This document shows, in pieces, positions 33,134 to 44,338 of a stretch of 64,000 bases of DNA. Numbering within the stretch: the stretch's first letter is position 1; every line of letters begins with the position of its first letter. The notes under the pieces were generated by a model. It searched no databases and was not told where the DNA came from. It saw nothing but the letters and a program-made list of their open reading frames with translations. Origin of the DNA: Spirochaetia bacterium (GTDB taxonomy: Bacteria; Spirochaetota; Spirochaetia; DSM-16054; Sediminispirochaetaceae); the NCBI GenBank assembly GCA_034520965.1, contig JAXHMY010000002.1:32001-96000 (forward strand), given 5' to 3'. A program made the translations under genes and the position numbers.

Positions 33134-35300
33134 TTCTAAAAATAATATTACCGGGAATGCAAAAAGAAACCGCAGTATGCTTATTTTTATACTACTCGCG
33201 TATGTGCTGAATGTCGGTTTTCTCATCACTGGAACTCAAATACAACTGCCTTTATACAAACAGAAGCTGCGCAGCCTGGAGGCCGGGCAAGTGGCGGATT
33301 TCCAGGTAAAAGCTGAAAATGAAGTTTTTTACATCGATGACGAAAAGACAGAAGAGATAAAAGAACAACAGGCTTCTACTATCTTACCTGTGTATACAAT
33401 AGAAGAAACTAAGGTTTTAAATCTCATAAGCCATTTTGAAAGGTTTGCATCGTTTTACATGCAGGAAGGCCGAGATCTGCCGCCTCAAGAGTTGATTGAA
33501 GAGCTTTCAATGCGATTCCCCAATCGATTCGGCACCCAGGATATTGAAATCCTCGCAGACGCGGAGGAACTAGGGGAAACGCTTCCCGTGATTGAAGAAG
33601 AACTGCGCAGATTGCTGGAAAACGGAATTTTCCCCTCCGACGTGAAAACTGCACAGAACGGGAGAGGAGTACTGCAGTTGTGGCACTGGAAGGGAGATGA
33701 AAAACTGCATGAGAAGTATACTCAGAAAAATATCATTACAGAAAACGAGATAAAAAGCGTAGCTCAACAGAAGTTAGCCTCATTTAATTTCGAAGGTGAA
33801 ACAAAAGCAGCGGCGGTAATGCTGCTGAGTAATTTTGCCGAGCAAACCGCCTATTACAATGCCACCCTCACAACTGCCTTAAAGAATCAAGCCCGGCAGC
33901 AGATACAGCCAATTACCTACCACATTCAGAAAGGGGAACTCCTTATTTCGGAAGGCGACATTGTCAGCCATGAGGACATGAGGAAGGTTGAGGCCTTGTT
34001 AGAAAAGCGTCCTAAGCCCGACGTACAAGAGAGTATCGCAATTATTCTTTATATGGCGGGAATTTTCTTTTTGGCAATTATAATGTATAAGCCCCTTCTG
34101 CAGAGGAGCCGGCGGTTTTATCAACACACCAACATACTTCTCATAGCCTCGTTTATCTTCACCCTCAATATTTTTTTGGTACTGACTTTTACCCTGATCC
34201 CCCCCGGAATTCCGGTTTCGATCGGCATATTCACCGCTTTAATAAGTATGCTGATAGCTACCCTCATTGGCCAACGGATCGGCATAATATCTTCTCTTCT
34301 GTTATCTTTAATATTTTTTGCTATACCTGATATAGATATATATACATTCATCTTTTCTTTTCTAGCCGGAATCACTGCTACCTATCTTATTCGTAGCGCC
34401 GAAAAAAGAATTGATCTTGTGGCAGGAACCTTAAAGTTGGCCCTGGTAGTGGCGCTGATAACCGTGATAATCGGACTGTTCCAGCAGCAAGATGCCGGTT
34501 GGTTTCTCAAAGCCGGAGGTTTTGGAATTATTCATGCCTTTATCACTGGGGCCTTAAATCTTGCATTATTGCCGGCCTTTGAACATCTTTTAAATGCTCC
34601 TACAGTGTTCCGCTTGCGAGAGTTATCGGATACTAATACCCCCTTATTTAAGCGGATGATGACGATAGCCGGCGGCACCTACAGCCACTCGATGGGGGTT
34701 GCCAATTTGGCTGAATCAGCCTGCCGTGAAATCGGAGCAAACCACCTTTTGGCACGGGTAGGCGCCTATTATCACGATATAGGAAAGATGGACCAACCCG
34801 ATTACTTTATCGAAAATCAACAGGACAAAAATCGTCATGATGAAATTACTCCTAATCTTTCAGTGGCAGTTATCAAGTCGCACGTGAAAATAGGCAAAGA
34901 AAGGGCCAAAGAGTTAAAACTACCGCCTGAAGTTGTGGAAATCGTATCCGACCATCACGGCAGCGACGTTATCAGCTACTTCTATCAGCAGGCTTTAAAA
35001 AAAGGCGGAAAAGCGGTGCCGGAAGAGTTCTCTTACAATGGAACTCCGCCGCGGTCAAAGGAGTCTGCAGTGGTGATGCTGGCGGATACCATCGAAGCAC
35101 AGTCTAGAACAATCAAGAAGCCCTCCGTGCAGAAGTTTGAAAAAATGGTCTGGGATGCTATTATGCATAAAGTTAGTCGTAAGCAGATGAGTAATACAGA
35201 ATTAAGTTTTCGGGATATAGAAATTATAAAAACTAGTTTTGTTCAGATATTAGCCGGCCAATTTCATAGCCGAATTGAATATCCGGACCAAAAAAGTTAA
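33111..35300 (+). CDS. 7TM HD-family phosphohydrolase (PgpH-like)
   Basis: Extracellular domain, multiple TM helices, and motifs GTYSHS, YYHDIGK, DHHG and MLADTIEA; typical phoH-HD-ybeY gene order. Confidence 0.88.
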   Translation: MKMKVNGNSKNNITGNAKRNRSMLIFILLAYVLNVGFLITGTQIQLPLYKQKLRSLEAGQVADFQVKAENEVFYIDDEKTEEIKEQQASTILPVYTIEETKVLNLISHFERFASFYMQEGRDLPPQELIEELSMRFPNRFGTQDIEILADAEELGETLPVIEEELRRLLENGIFPSDVKTAQNGRGVLQLWHWKGDEKLHEKYTQKNIITENEIKSVAQQKLASFNFEGETKAAAVMLLSNFAEQTAYYNATLTTALKNQARQQIQPITYHIQKGELLISEGDIVSHEDMRKVEALLEKRPKPDVQESIAIILYMAGIFFLAIIMYKPLLQRSRRFYQHTNILLIASFIFTLNIFLVLTFTLIPPGIPVSIGIFTALISMLIATLIGQRIGIISSLLLSLIFFAIPDIDIYTFIFSFLAGITATYLIRSAEKRIDLVAGTLKLALVVALITVIIGLFQQQDAGWFLKAGGFGIIHAFITGALNLALLPAFEHLLNAPTVFRLRELSDTNTPLFKRMMTIAGGTYSHSMGVANLAESACREIGANHLLARVGAYYHDIGKMDQPDYFIENQQDKNRHDEITPNLSVAVIKSHVKIGKERAKELKLPPEVVEIVSDHHGSDVISYFYQQALKKGGKAVPEEFSYNGTPPRSKESAVVMLADTIEAQSRTIKKPSVQKFEKMVWDAIMHKVSRKQMSNTELSFRDIEIIKTSFVQILAGQFHSRIEYPDQKS

Positions 35301-35319
35301 AAGTGAGTATGAGTACATT

Positions 35320-35790
35320 ATGAACAGGGTAGAAGTAAGCATCGAAGGGATTGATCCTCCCGACTGGCAGGATAAGGCCTCTGAGTTTTGCAAAATGATT
35401 CTCAAAAAGCTGGATATTCATGGCTGGGAAGTTTCTTTGCTCTTCTGTGATGATAATTTTATACAGTCTTTAAACCTTCAATACCGCAACAAGGACGAAG
35501 CGACAGACGTGCTGAGTTTTGCAGCTTTCGCGGATGAACAGGAAAAAGGTTTCAGCGATTTAGCAGATCATGCTACAATCACAGCCGGAGACATAGTTAT
35601 ATCATTAGACACATTACAACGTCATTCACAGGAGTTTTCAGTCGCCCAAAATGAAGAGCTGAAACGCTTGTTGATTCATGGTATACTGCATTTAGCAGGA
35701 ATGGATCATGCTACAAACTCACCGGAGGAAAAGATGCTCCAGAAGCAGGAAGAACTAATGAAGCAGATGACAGGAGAGACTATATTTTGA
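35320..35790 (+). CDS. ybeY: rRNA maturation RNase YbeY
   Basis: Motifs LNLQYR, TDVLSF, GDIVIS and IHGILHLAGMDH. Confidence 0.95.
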   Translation: MNRVEVSIEGIDPPDWQDKASEFCKMILKKLDIHGWEVSLLFCDDNFIQSLNLQYRNKDEATDVLSFAAFADEQEKGFSDLADHATITAGDIVISLDTLQRHSQEFSVAQNEELKRLLIHGILHLAGMDHATNSPEEKMLQKQEELMKQMTGETIF

Positions 35791-36581
35791 GTACCCCTTC
35801 TTTTTTCAAAAAGTTGTTTGGAATCTCAGGGCAGCAAAGCGATACTCAAGGCGATGACTACGATAGTCTAAATTTTGAAGAACAGGATATGATTCGAGGG
35901 GTAGTAACCCTTTCAGATACTACAGTGAAAGAGGTGATTGTCCCACGTATAGATGTCGAGTTCGTAGCAATTGAATCAACCTTTAACGAGCTGATTGATA
36001 CCCTGGGCGAGGGGGGCTACTCAAGGTTTCCCGTATACAAAGACACAATTGATAATGTGGTTGGTATCCTTTATGTAAAGGATCTGCTGAAACAGGTGAA
36101 GAGCCAGGAAGATTTCAGTGTCGAAAAAATAATTAGACGCCCCTATTTTGTACCGGAAAGTAAGCGCCTTGATTCTCTGCTGCGTGAGTTTAAACGGAGA
36201 AAGGTTCATATTGCCGTGGCAGTAGACGAGTATGGCGGGGTGTCGGGCATTGTGTGCTTAGAAGACATCATTGAAGAGATAGTGGGTGACATACAGGATG
36301 AGTTTGACAACGAAGTGGAAGACATTCTAGAGATCGGAGAGGGAACGTATTTGTGTGATGCCAGAGTTGATATCGAAGATCTAAATGAAAAACTCAGCCT
36401 AATGCTTCCGGAGGAAGATTTTGATACCTTGGGAGGCTTTGTCTTCGACATGTTTGGAAAAATTCCCGTGAAGTACGAAAAAGTTAAATACAGTGGTATC
36501 GATTTTATCATTCAGGAAATGGATGGGCATAAAATAAAAACTGTAAAATTAGTACTTAAGGATAGCAACAGTGCCGCATAG
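35787..36581 (+). CDS. CBS/CorC-HlyC domain protein
   Basis: Motifs YSRFPVY, VDEYGGVSG, EDIIEEIVGDI and DTLGG. Confidence 0.9.
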   Translation: MSTPSFFKKLFGISGQQSDTQGDDYDSLNFEEQDMIRGVVTLSDTTVKEVIVPRIDVEFVAIESTFNELIDTLGEGGYSRFPVYKDTIDNVVGILYVKDLLKQVKSQEDFSVEKIIRRPYFVPESKRLDSLLREFKRRKVHIAVAVDEYGGVSGIVCLEDIIEEIVGDIQDEFDNEVEDILEIGEGTYLCDARVDIEDLNEKLSLMLPEEDFDTLGGFVFDMFGKIPVKYEKVKYSGIDFIIQEMDGHKIKTVKLVLKDSNSAA

Positions 36582-38603
36582 ATGCGGAAAAAAAAGAAAG
36601 ATAGGGAGTGCTCTGAGTCTCTTAATCCTTAGTTGGATATTGTTAGTGTCGGCTGTGAATCCGGCGGTTGACCTGTATCAGCAGGGTGAAGAACGGCTTC
36701 AATCCGGCGATGTGTACGGGGCAATTGATCTTTTCAAAGAATCTCTTTCTTATAATGCGGATTATGTTGATCCGTTATACGGCCTGGGACAAGCTTATTT
36801 TAAATTGGAAGAATATGAGCAGGCCCTTGTGTATATCCAGCAAGCACGAAGGTTTGACAGAAACAATACCAGCATCACCGCACTTGAAGGAAGAATTAAT
36901 ACCGGTCTGGGAAAGTATTCGGAAGCGGAGAGAATTTTTGATAAAATTCTTGAAAAAGAGCCCCACAATCTTGATGCCCAATTTGGAATGGCCGAGCTGC
37001 AAGCCGCGATGGGGAGCGTCGAAAATGCGATCGCCGGGTATCGAAAGGCCTTGGAATCGGATCCATACAACCGCCGCGGTTTGTTATCTGCAGCGCTCTT
37101 GTACAGCGCCCAGAACAACCTTCAGGAGGCTGCCGAGCTAATACAAACGGCAGTCGACAGCTATCCGGAGGATCCTCGGGTGCACTCTATTGCCGCTGAG
37201 TACTACTTTAAAAGGGATAATCCCCGTAAAGCTGAAGAGCATGCCCGTCAAGCACTTCAATTGTATTCAGAATCTGAAGATGCAATATACGTGCTTATAC
37301 GAATTCTGTTCGCACAAAACAGATTCGCCGATGCCATAGAAGCGGTAGAAAAAAATATAAATATAGATCGCGATAAGCCGCTTTTATGGTACCTACGGGC
37401 AAAGGCGTATTGGAAAACCGGAGATCAGCAACGGGCTTTGGAGAGCTTTTATACCGCCTTAAGCCTTAAACCAAGTGATGAAATTACAAGAATCGCTCTA
37501 GAAGAGTTTCTTATGGACCGTTTTGCAGGGGATTCCCAAGAGAGAAAAAAGGCCGCTGATATAAGGTTTGAGTACGGTGCTTCCTACGAACGGGATAACC
37601 GAATTGAACTTGCCCGACAAGAATACCGTCGGGGCCTGATGCTTCACCCCTACAGCCGTGAAGGACGGCAAATGTATGCGGCCACCTTCAAACGGTCCGA
37701 TAACATTGGGAAATACCTTTCTATTTTGAAAGTACTTGAGACCGAGGGAAACACAAGCCAAGAGATACAAGATGAAATTGAGATTTACACAAGCTTACGC
37801 GAAGAGAGTATTGCCCAATCGTGGGATGTCGATCAGTTTGCCATAGATCGCTATCGCTATAAGATAGCACTTTTTACCAATAATAATCAGTCCCAGGTAA
37901 TTCATCTAAAGGCGGAAGAATATTTAACAAGTTACATGCAGGGAATACTCCAGGGCAATGAACATCTTGATATCGTAGATACCGGTTCCGTTGAATCCTT
38001 TGCTGAGGCCTTTAGAAGGGCACGAGAAACAGATATCGATTATTTTATAGTTACTACTTATCGAGAGGGTGAAAGGGCCTTCAAAGGCTCTGCAACAGTG
38101 TATAACGGGTCTACCGGAACCGTTATAAAAACTTTTAATAGTTTGCGCACTGGAAATAGACGAGTCAGTCAAGCTCTCATACGAATCGCCGGGACATTCT
38201 CTGATAGCTTACCACTGCGGGGCAGGATTTACCGAAGACAAAATAACACGGTTTTACTTGATGTAGGGATTTCCAAGGAGTTTCTCCTGACGACCGGTTT
38301 AATGTCATTCGCGGAGAAATTTTAGAGCTTGCGGATAACCAATTTGCCTTAGAGTACAATCAGCGTTATATTCTAGGTTACATAGAGATAAGCAATGTAG
38401 ATGATCTTCTTTCTGTGGGCCAAGTGAGCACAGATCAATTTTTCGATTTAATAAATCCCGGGGATGCGGTGATTCCAGTTAACAGCATCAGCGAAGAAGC
38501 AGGGGCTGAGGGAAATGCAGGGGCTGCCCAAGAGGGTACTGATCTTCGTGAATCTCCCGTAATTCCCTCGGAGATCTATAAATCGCTGCTCGAGGTTGAG
38601 TGA
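36571..38603 (+). CDS. Exported TPR protein, frameshift near 38270
   Basis: Many TPR repeats. An alternative frame from about 38270 (FQGVSPDDRFNVIRG...) is open and runs into ORF 38415-38603. Confidence 0.8.
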
Positions 38604-38639
38604 TTCAGCTATTCTGATATGTTGTGACCCTTGTCAAGT

Positions 38640-38910
38640 ATTCTATAGTAAAAGTTTATAGTACCCCCTTCTTTATAAGACCGAGAGGAGAAAAAGATAG
38701 AGGAATACATGCAACCGTCGATGTACAGACTGATATTCGCGGATTGGTTACCTGCAGTGCAATGTAATCGTCGGGAGCTTGCCTCTGTCTCAATTCAAGG
38801 ATTCCTCCTACCAAAAAGAGGGCCTTCAGAATAGCTCGAGGATTCTCCTTCGCTTCTTCTCGTATTCCTCTATCCATTCTACCCCTCGGTTTCAAAACTC
38901 AGTTAAACCT
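38640..38910 (-). ncRNA. Putative bridge/seek RNA region of the IS1111-type element (boundaries approximate)
   Basis: 3' non-coding region containing segments that match the target and donor junctions (38826-38836, 38786-38795, 38730-38736). Confidence 0.7.
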
Positions 38911-40008
38911 CTACGTTGTTTGTTCTCTCATTATTCCCCAAATAAAACCGCAAAGCTCACGTGCAACTGCCGTAGCAACCTTCTGTGAAGGTTTTCCTGT
39001 AAACAGAAGGTGCTGATATCGCCGCGAAAGTCTTTTCCCTGCTTTATCGGCATACGCTCTTGCCTGAGGATCTACTTCTCGTCTTCGTTTTATCAGTCGC
39101 TTTGAGGAGGGATCATAGGTGCGACAATGCCAGGCACTTTCTACCAACAGGCGCCTCAAACGCTTTATTTCCTGATTTTGTAATACCGTTCTGACGACGA
39201 CGTTCTCCACTGGAGTGTTCAGCCGGTACCAAACCAAGATAACTCATGAACTGCGAGGGCTTGGCAAATCGCCGAAAATCACTTATTTCGGCAATGATTG
39301 ATAACGCGGTAAAGGTTCCAATCCCCTTAATGGCCATCAGCCTTTTCACTTTTCCCTATAGCGCCCTTCAGAGGCAAGGGCTTCAATGCGCTGGTCGATT
39401 CGTTTAATATTTTCAGTGATGTAGTCCAGATGCCCCAGGTACTCCTTTACAGTCTCTTTCTGCAATGAGTTGAGCTCTGCGATGGCTTTCTTAATCCACA
39501 GTCGGTGTTTTCCTGTCCAGATTATCCCCATCACGGTAGATCAGACCATGACGAAGCAGAAGACTGAGAATTTTTCTGCTTGTAGCGTCTCTGCTCGTCT
39601 TTGTAATCATCCCTGACGTGCAGAAACTCACGCACCGCCTCATCGGCTCTGGTGGGAATGTGAACCCCTGTCAACTGTCCGGAACGCAAATTACGGGCAA
39701 GCATGTCGGCGTCCCGTTTGTCGGTTTTTATTCGCTCTGATGGTTTTTTTGGAATCAGTCCCGGGGCTGCAACAAGACAGGCAATGCCCATACCTTCGAG
39801 CATCCGATAGGTACTGTAACCGCTTGGCCCTGCTTCATAGCAGCACAAAGCTCACCCTTTTCCTGGAGCTTCTTAAATATTTGCGCAGCTCGCTTTCCCT
39901 GTTTTTCTTCTGAACGACTATCGATGGGACCTGTTCGCCATTCTTATACCCGACGATGAATACCGTCTCCTTGTGGACATCCATTCCTACATAAATTACA
40001 CTGTTCAT
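38911..40008 (-). CDS. IS110-family recombinase/transposase with multiple frameshifts
   Basis: RBS GGAGG, then MNSVIYVGMDVHK, CYEAGP, KTDKRDA, GIGTFTA, SYLGLVPAEHSSG (catalytic Ser region), RRLLVESAW and AVAREL, spread over four ORF fragments plus an unlisted N-terminal frame. Confidence 0.9.
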
Positions 40009-40106
40009 AGTGGCCTCCTGTTTGTATGTGGCGTGTTTGCCATTGTGTTTTTACCATTTTGCAGGCTAATCCACGATTTTGCAAACACGGGGGTCACTTC
40101 ATATTG

Positions 40107-40236
40107 TCTCATTTTGGATAGTGTAATTACACTATCCAAAATGAGAATGCCTCCACACGTTGAGATATATAAAAATTTGCAAAGAAATTGATGCGAATTC
40201 TAAATTTGGAAGTCAAAAGACTTCCAAATTTAGAAT
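40107..40236. repeat. Second pair of AT-rich palindromes (48-bp spacer); the first is interrupted at its left tip by the IS
   Basis: TCTCATTTTGGATAGTGTAA|TTACACTATCCAAAATGAGA (40107-40146, perfect) and ATTCTAAATTTGGAAGTC-AAAA-GACTTCCAAATTTAGAAT (40197-40236). Confidence 0.9.
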
Positions 40237-40252
40237 CGCTGTGAGTGATTTA

Positions 40253-40281
40253 TTGACATATATTTCCCTATATCATATAGT
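40253..40281 (+). promoter_or_regulatory. sigma70-type promoter of the gap operon
   Basis: TTGACA (40253-40258), 17-nt spacer, TATAGT (40276-40281). Confidence 0.75.
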
Positions 40282-40310
40282 TTAGTCTCACAAAAAGATT
40301 TATAAGCTAG

Positions 40311-41321
<1,011 letters not shown>

Positions 41322-41331
41322 GGGGGCTTTT

Positions 41332-42513
41332 ATGGCCGTGAAAACAGTAAAAGATATTGATTTAAAAGGAAAGCGTGTCCTTGTACGGGCGGATTTTAAT
41401 GTCCCCCTCAAGGAAGGCGTAATTACCGATGATACTCGTATTAAAGCGGCCCTTCCGACGCTCCAGTATATACTGGAGCAGGAGGGGGCCTCTCTGGTCT
41501 TGATGAGCCACCTCGGCAGACCCAAGGGCGAGCCCAAACCGGAGTTTAGCTTAGCACCAATTGCCCAGCGATTGTCCGAGCTGCTCGACCGACCGGTTGA
41601 GATGGCACCCGACTGTGTAGGTACTGAAACCACACAAATGGCGCAAAAACTCAAACCCGGTGAAGTCCTGTTGCTCGAGAACGTGCGCTATCACGCCGGC
41701 GAAACTAAGAATGATGCCGATTTTGCGAAGGAACTTGCGAAAAATGGTGACGTGTTTATAAATGATGCCTTTGGCACCGCCCATCGCGCCCATGCATCCA
41801 CTGAAGGGGTTGCACATTTGCTACCCTCTGCAGCCGGCTTTCTGATAGACAAGGAAGTACGTTTCTTTGAACACCTTCTGTCGAATCCTGAAAAACCCTT
41901 TGTTGCGGTTATCGGCGGTGCGAAGGTTTCAAGCAAAATCGGGGTTTTAGAAACTCTGCTTGATAAATGTACGACCCTGGTAATCGGCGGAGCAATGTCA
42001 TATACCTTTTTGAAGGCCCAGGGCCATTCTATCGGTAAATCGATGGTAGAAAATGATTATATCGATACGGCAAAATCTCTGCTCGAACGAGCACAGAAGG
42101 CGGGTATTCAGGTGCTCTTGCCTCTGGATCATATGGCCGGAAGAGAGTTCGATGAGAACACCGACCCTGTATATGTGGACGAGGTAGATCTGCCGGACGA
42201 ACTTATCGGGCTTGATATCGGCATGAAAACTCTGGAGGCTTTGAAAGAAAGCATTTCGGAAGCCAAGTCACTGATATGGAATGGGCCGATGGGAGTATTT
42301 GAGTTCGAGAACTTTGCAAAGGGAACGCTAGAGGTTGCAGAAATGGTTGCCGCTTGTAAGGGGACTACCGTTGTCGGTGGTGGTGATTCCGTCGCCGCCG
42401 TGAATAAATTCGGTTTTGCAGAAAAAATCGATCATGTTTCAACCGGGGGCGGGGCCAGTCTAGAGTTTCTTGAAGGCAAAAAATTGCCCGGTATTGCAGT
42501 ATTAGTTTCGTAA
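41332..42513 (+). CDS. pgk: Phosphoglycerate kinase
   Basis: Motifs [21 protein letters not shown] and STGGGASLE. Confidence 0.98.
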   Translation: MAVKTVKDIDLKGKRVLVRADFNVPLKEGVITDDTRIKAALPTLQYILEQEGASLVLMSHLGRPKGEPKPEFSLAPIAQRLSELLDRPVEMAPDCVGTETTQMAQKLKPGEVLLLENVRYHAGETKNDADFAKELAKNGDVFINDAFGTAHRAHASTEGVAHLLPSAAGFLIDKEVRFFEHLLSNPEKPFVAVIGGAKVSSKIGVLETLLDKCTTLVIGGAMSYTFLKAQGHSIGKSMVENDYIDTAKSLLERAQKAGIQVLLPLDHMAGREFDENTDPVYVDEVDLPDELIGLDIGMKTLEALKESISEAKSLIWNGPMGVFEFENFAKGTLEVAEMVAACKGTTVVGGGDSVAAVNKFGFAEKIDHVSTGGGASLEFLEGKKLPGIAVLVS

Positions 42514-42616
42514 GTCCTTTCTGGTCAAGCGAAACGACGAAAACAGCCGTATGCGGCTATTTTCTTATTAGAAAAATAACAGCGGCCGTTAACCGGTTGC
42601 ATAATTGGGAGATTAT

Positions 42617-43363
42617 ATGCGAAAACCTTATATAGCTGGAAATTGGAAAATGCACAAAACCAGAGTCGAAGCCCGTGATGATGCGGCGGATCTGGTAAAG
42701 CAGGTGAAAGGAGTGGACCATAAGGTGATGATAGCTCCTTCCTTCACTTCGCTTGGAGTAGTTGCCGAAGTGGTTAAGGGCAGCAATGTAATATTAGGTG
42801 CGCAAAACATGGCCGCTGCAGAAGATGGCGCACATACCGGAGAGGTGTCTCCGCTTATGTTGAAAGAGTGCGGAGTAGAAACCGTTATACTCGGACATTC
42901 TGAACGACGCCATGTATACGGCGAAACTGATCAACTTATTAACACGAAAGTGAAGTTGGCTTTACAGCACGGTTTTGAAGTAATTTTGTGCATCGGTGAA
43001 ACCCTTGAAGAGCGAGAGGCCAATCAAGCAGAGTCTGTAGTTAAAGAACAGCTGAGTTCCGGCTTGCAAGAAGTGAAGAGTGAACAGCTTGAAAAGGTAG
43101 TAATTGCGTACGAACCGGTGTGGGCAATAGGGACCGGAAAAACCGCCACCCCCGAGGATGCGGATGCAATCCACAAAGTGGTTCGTGCGGAAGTGGAAAG
43201 CTTGTACGATCATAAGGCAGCCGAACAGATGATTATTCAATACGGAGGTTCGGTTAAGCCTAATAATATAGCATCGCTGATGGACAAAGAGAACATCGAC
43301 GGTGCACTGGTTGGAGGTGCATCGTTAAAAACGGAGACCTTCGTGCCTATTGTGAAATTTTAG
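42617..43363 (+). CDS. tpiA: Triosephosphate isomerase
   Basis: Motifs AGNWKM, GHSERR, AYEPVWAIGTG and YGGSV. Confidence 0.98.
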   Translation: MRKPYIAGNWKMHKTRVEARDDAADLVKQVKGVDHKVMIAPSFTSLGVVAEVVKGSNVILGAQNMAAAEDGAHTGEVSPLMLKECGVETVILGHSERRHVYGETDQLINTKVKLALQHGFEVILCIGETLEEREANQAESVVKEQLSSGLQEVKSEQLEKVVIAYEPVWAIGTGKTATPEDADAIHKVVRAEVESLYDHKAAEQMIIQYGGSVKPNNIASLMDKENIDGALVGGASLKTETFVPIVKF

Positions 43364-43387
43364 TAAACTGGTAATGGAGTAACACTT

Positions 43388-43759
43388 ATGGGATTTTTTG
43401 GTATTTTGCTCTTGGTAATCTTCGTTATTACGGCACTTCTACTGATTGTGCTGGTAATGATCCAAGACGACCAAGGTGAAGGATTAGGCGGAATTTTCGG
43501 CGGCTCTAGCAGTACCGCATTTGGCTCTCGTTCGGGTAATATTCTTACGCGTGCAACCTCTATATTAGGGGCTGTGTTTTTATTGACTGCTTTTGGGCTT
43601 GCATGGGTGAATAAGACTCCCGAAGGGGGCGATGTAATCGGCGCCGCTCGAGCAGAAGCAGCTCAAGAAAGCGAAGAGTGGTGGAATGAACCAGTAGAAG
43701 AATCGCCGGCATTGGACGAACAGGACCAAGACGAGCTACCTACCACCTCAGAACAGTAA
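43388..43759 (+). CDS. secG: Preprotein translocase subunit SecG
   Basis: Two TM helices joined by a GLGGIFGG linker; located after tpiA. Confidence 0.9.
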   Translation: MGFFGILLLVIFVITALLLIVLVMIQDDQGEGLGGIFGGSSSTAFGSRSGNILTRATSILGAVFLLTAFGLAWVNKTPEGGDVIGAARAEAAQESEEWWNEPVEESPALDEQDQDELPTTSEQ

Positions 43760-43884
43760 ACTCAGGGTGTCCCCGCTGTACCGTAGTACGACCTTTGGGA
43801 CGTGGGGACACTTACTTATGTTCTTTCTGTTCAGATTTTCTGTTCTAAAATCCACATGCCCTCCGTGCATGGATAGGAGCAATA

Positions 43885-44298
43885 ATGAAAGTAGCAGTAG
43901 TATTTTTTGCCGGGAATAACCGTAAGCAGCTTGCTGAGACTGCTAAAGGATTACAGCAAGGATTAGAGAAACAGGGCCATCAGGTAGATCTCATTGACGG
44001 AGATCGAGATGTTAATGTAAAGCTCACTGTGTATGAATATATATGCATTGGTGCAACCGCAATTAATTTTTTTGGCGGAAAAGTGAAGGAACATATTCCA
44101 AAATTTCTCGCCAATTCCGGATTGGTATCCGGGAAGCGTTGCTTTGCATTTACAACTAAAACAGGGCTCAGGCAAACAAAAACTCTACGTAAACTTATGA
44201 ACTTTATGGAACATGAAGGGATGTACTTAAAAAACTCGGATGTTCTTGGGAACTCTCAAGAAGCTGAAGAAGTTGGAAAACGGCTTCATGTGGGTTAA
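43885..44298 (+). CDS. Flavodoxin-like fold protein
   Basis: Alpha/beta pattern starting MKVAVVF...YEYICIG; FMN loop is degenerate. Confidence 0.6.
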   Translation: MKVAVVFFAGNNRKQLAETAKGLQQGLEKQGHQVDLIDGDRDVNVKLTVYEYICIGATAINFFGGKVKEHIPKFLANSGLVSGKRCFAFTTKTGLRQTKTLRKLMNFMEHEGMYLKNSDVLGNSQEAEEVGKRLHVG

Positions 44299-44338
44299 GT
44301 TTGAGAGCAATAATGCTTAAAAGGAAGGTTATCGCTAT

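Larger units (their letters stand above)
38616..40109 (-). mobile_element. IS110-family (IS1111-type) insertion sequence
   Basis: DEDD recombinase gene. Sub-terminal IRs ATATGTTGTGACCC (38617-38630) and GGGTCACTTCATAT (40091-40104), 12/14 complementary. Core TCT at both junctions (38613-38615 and 40107-40109). About 295 bp of non-coding sequence downstream of the gene. Confidence 0.9.

Noticed and set aside
38656..38988. Short ORFs downstream of the IS110 transposase
   Set aside because: They have no RBS or motifs; the region is better explained as the element's non-coding RNA end.
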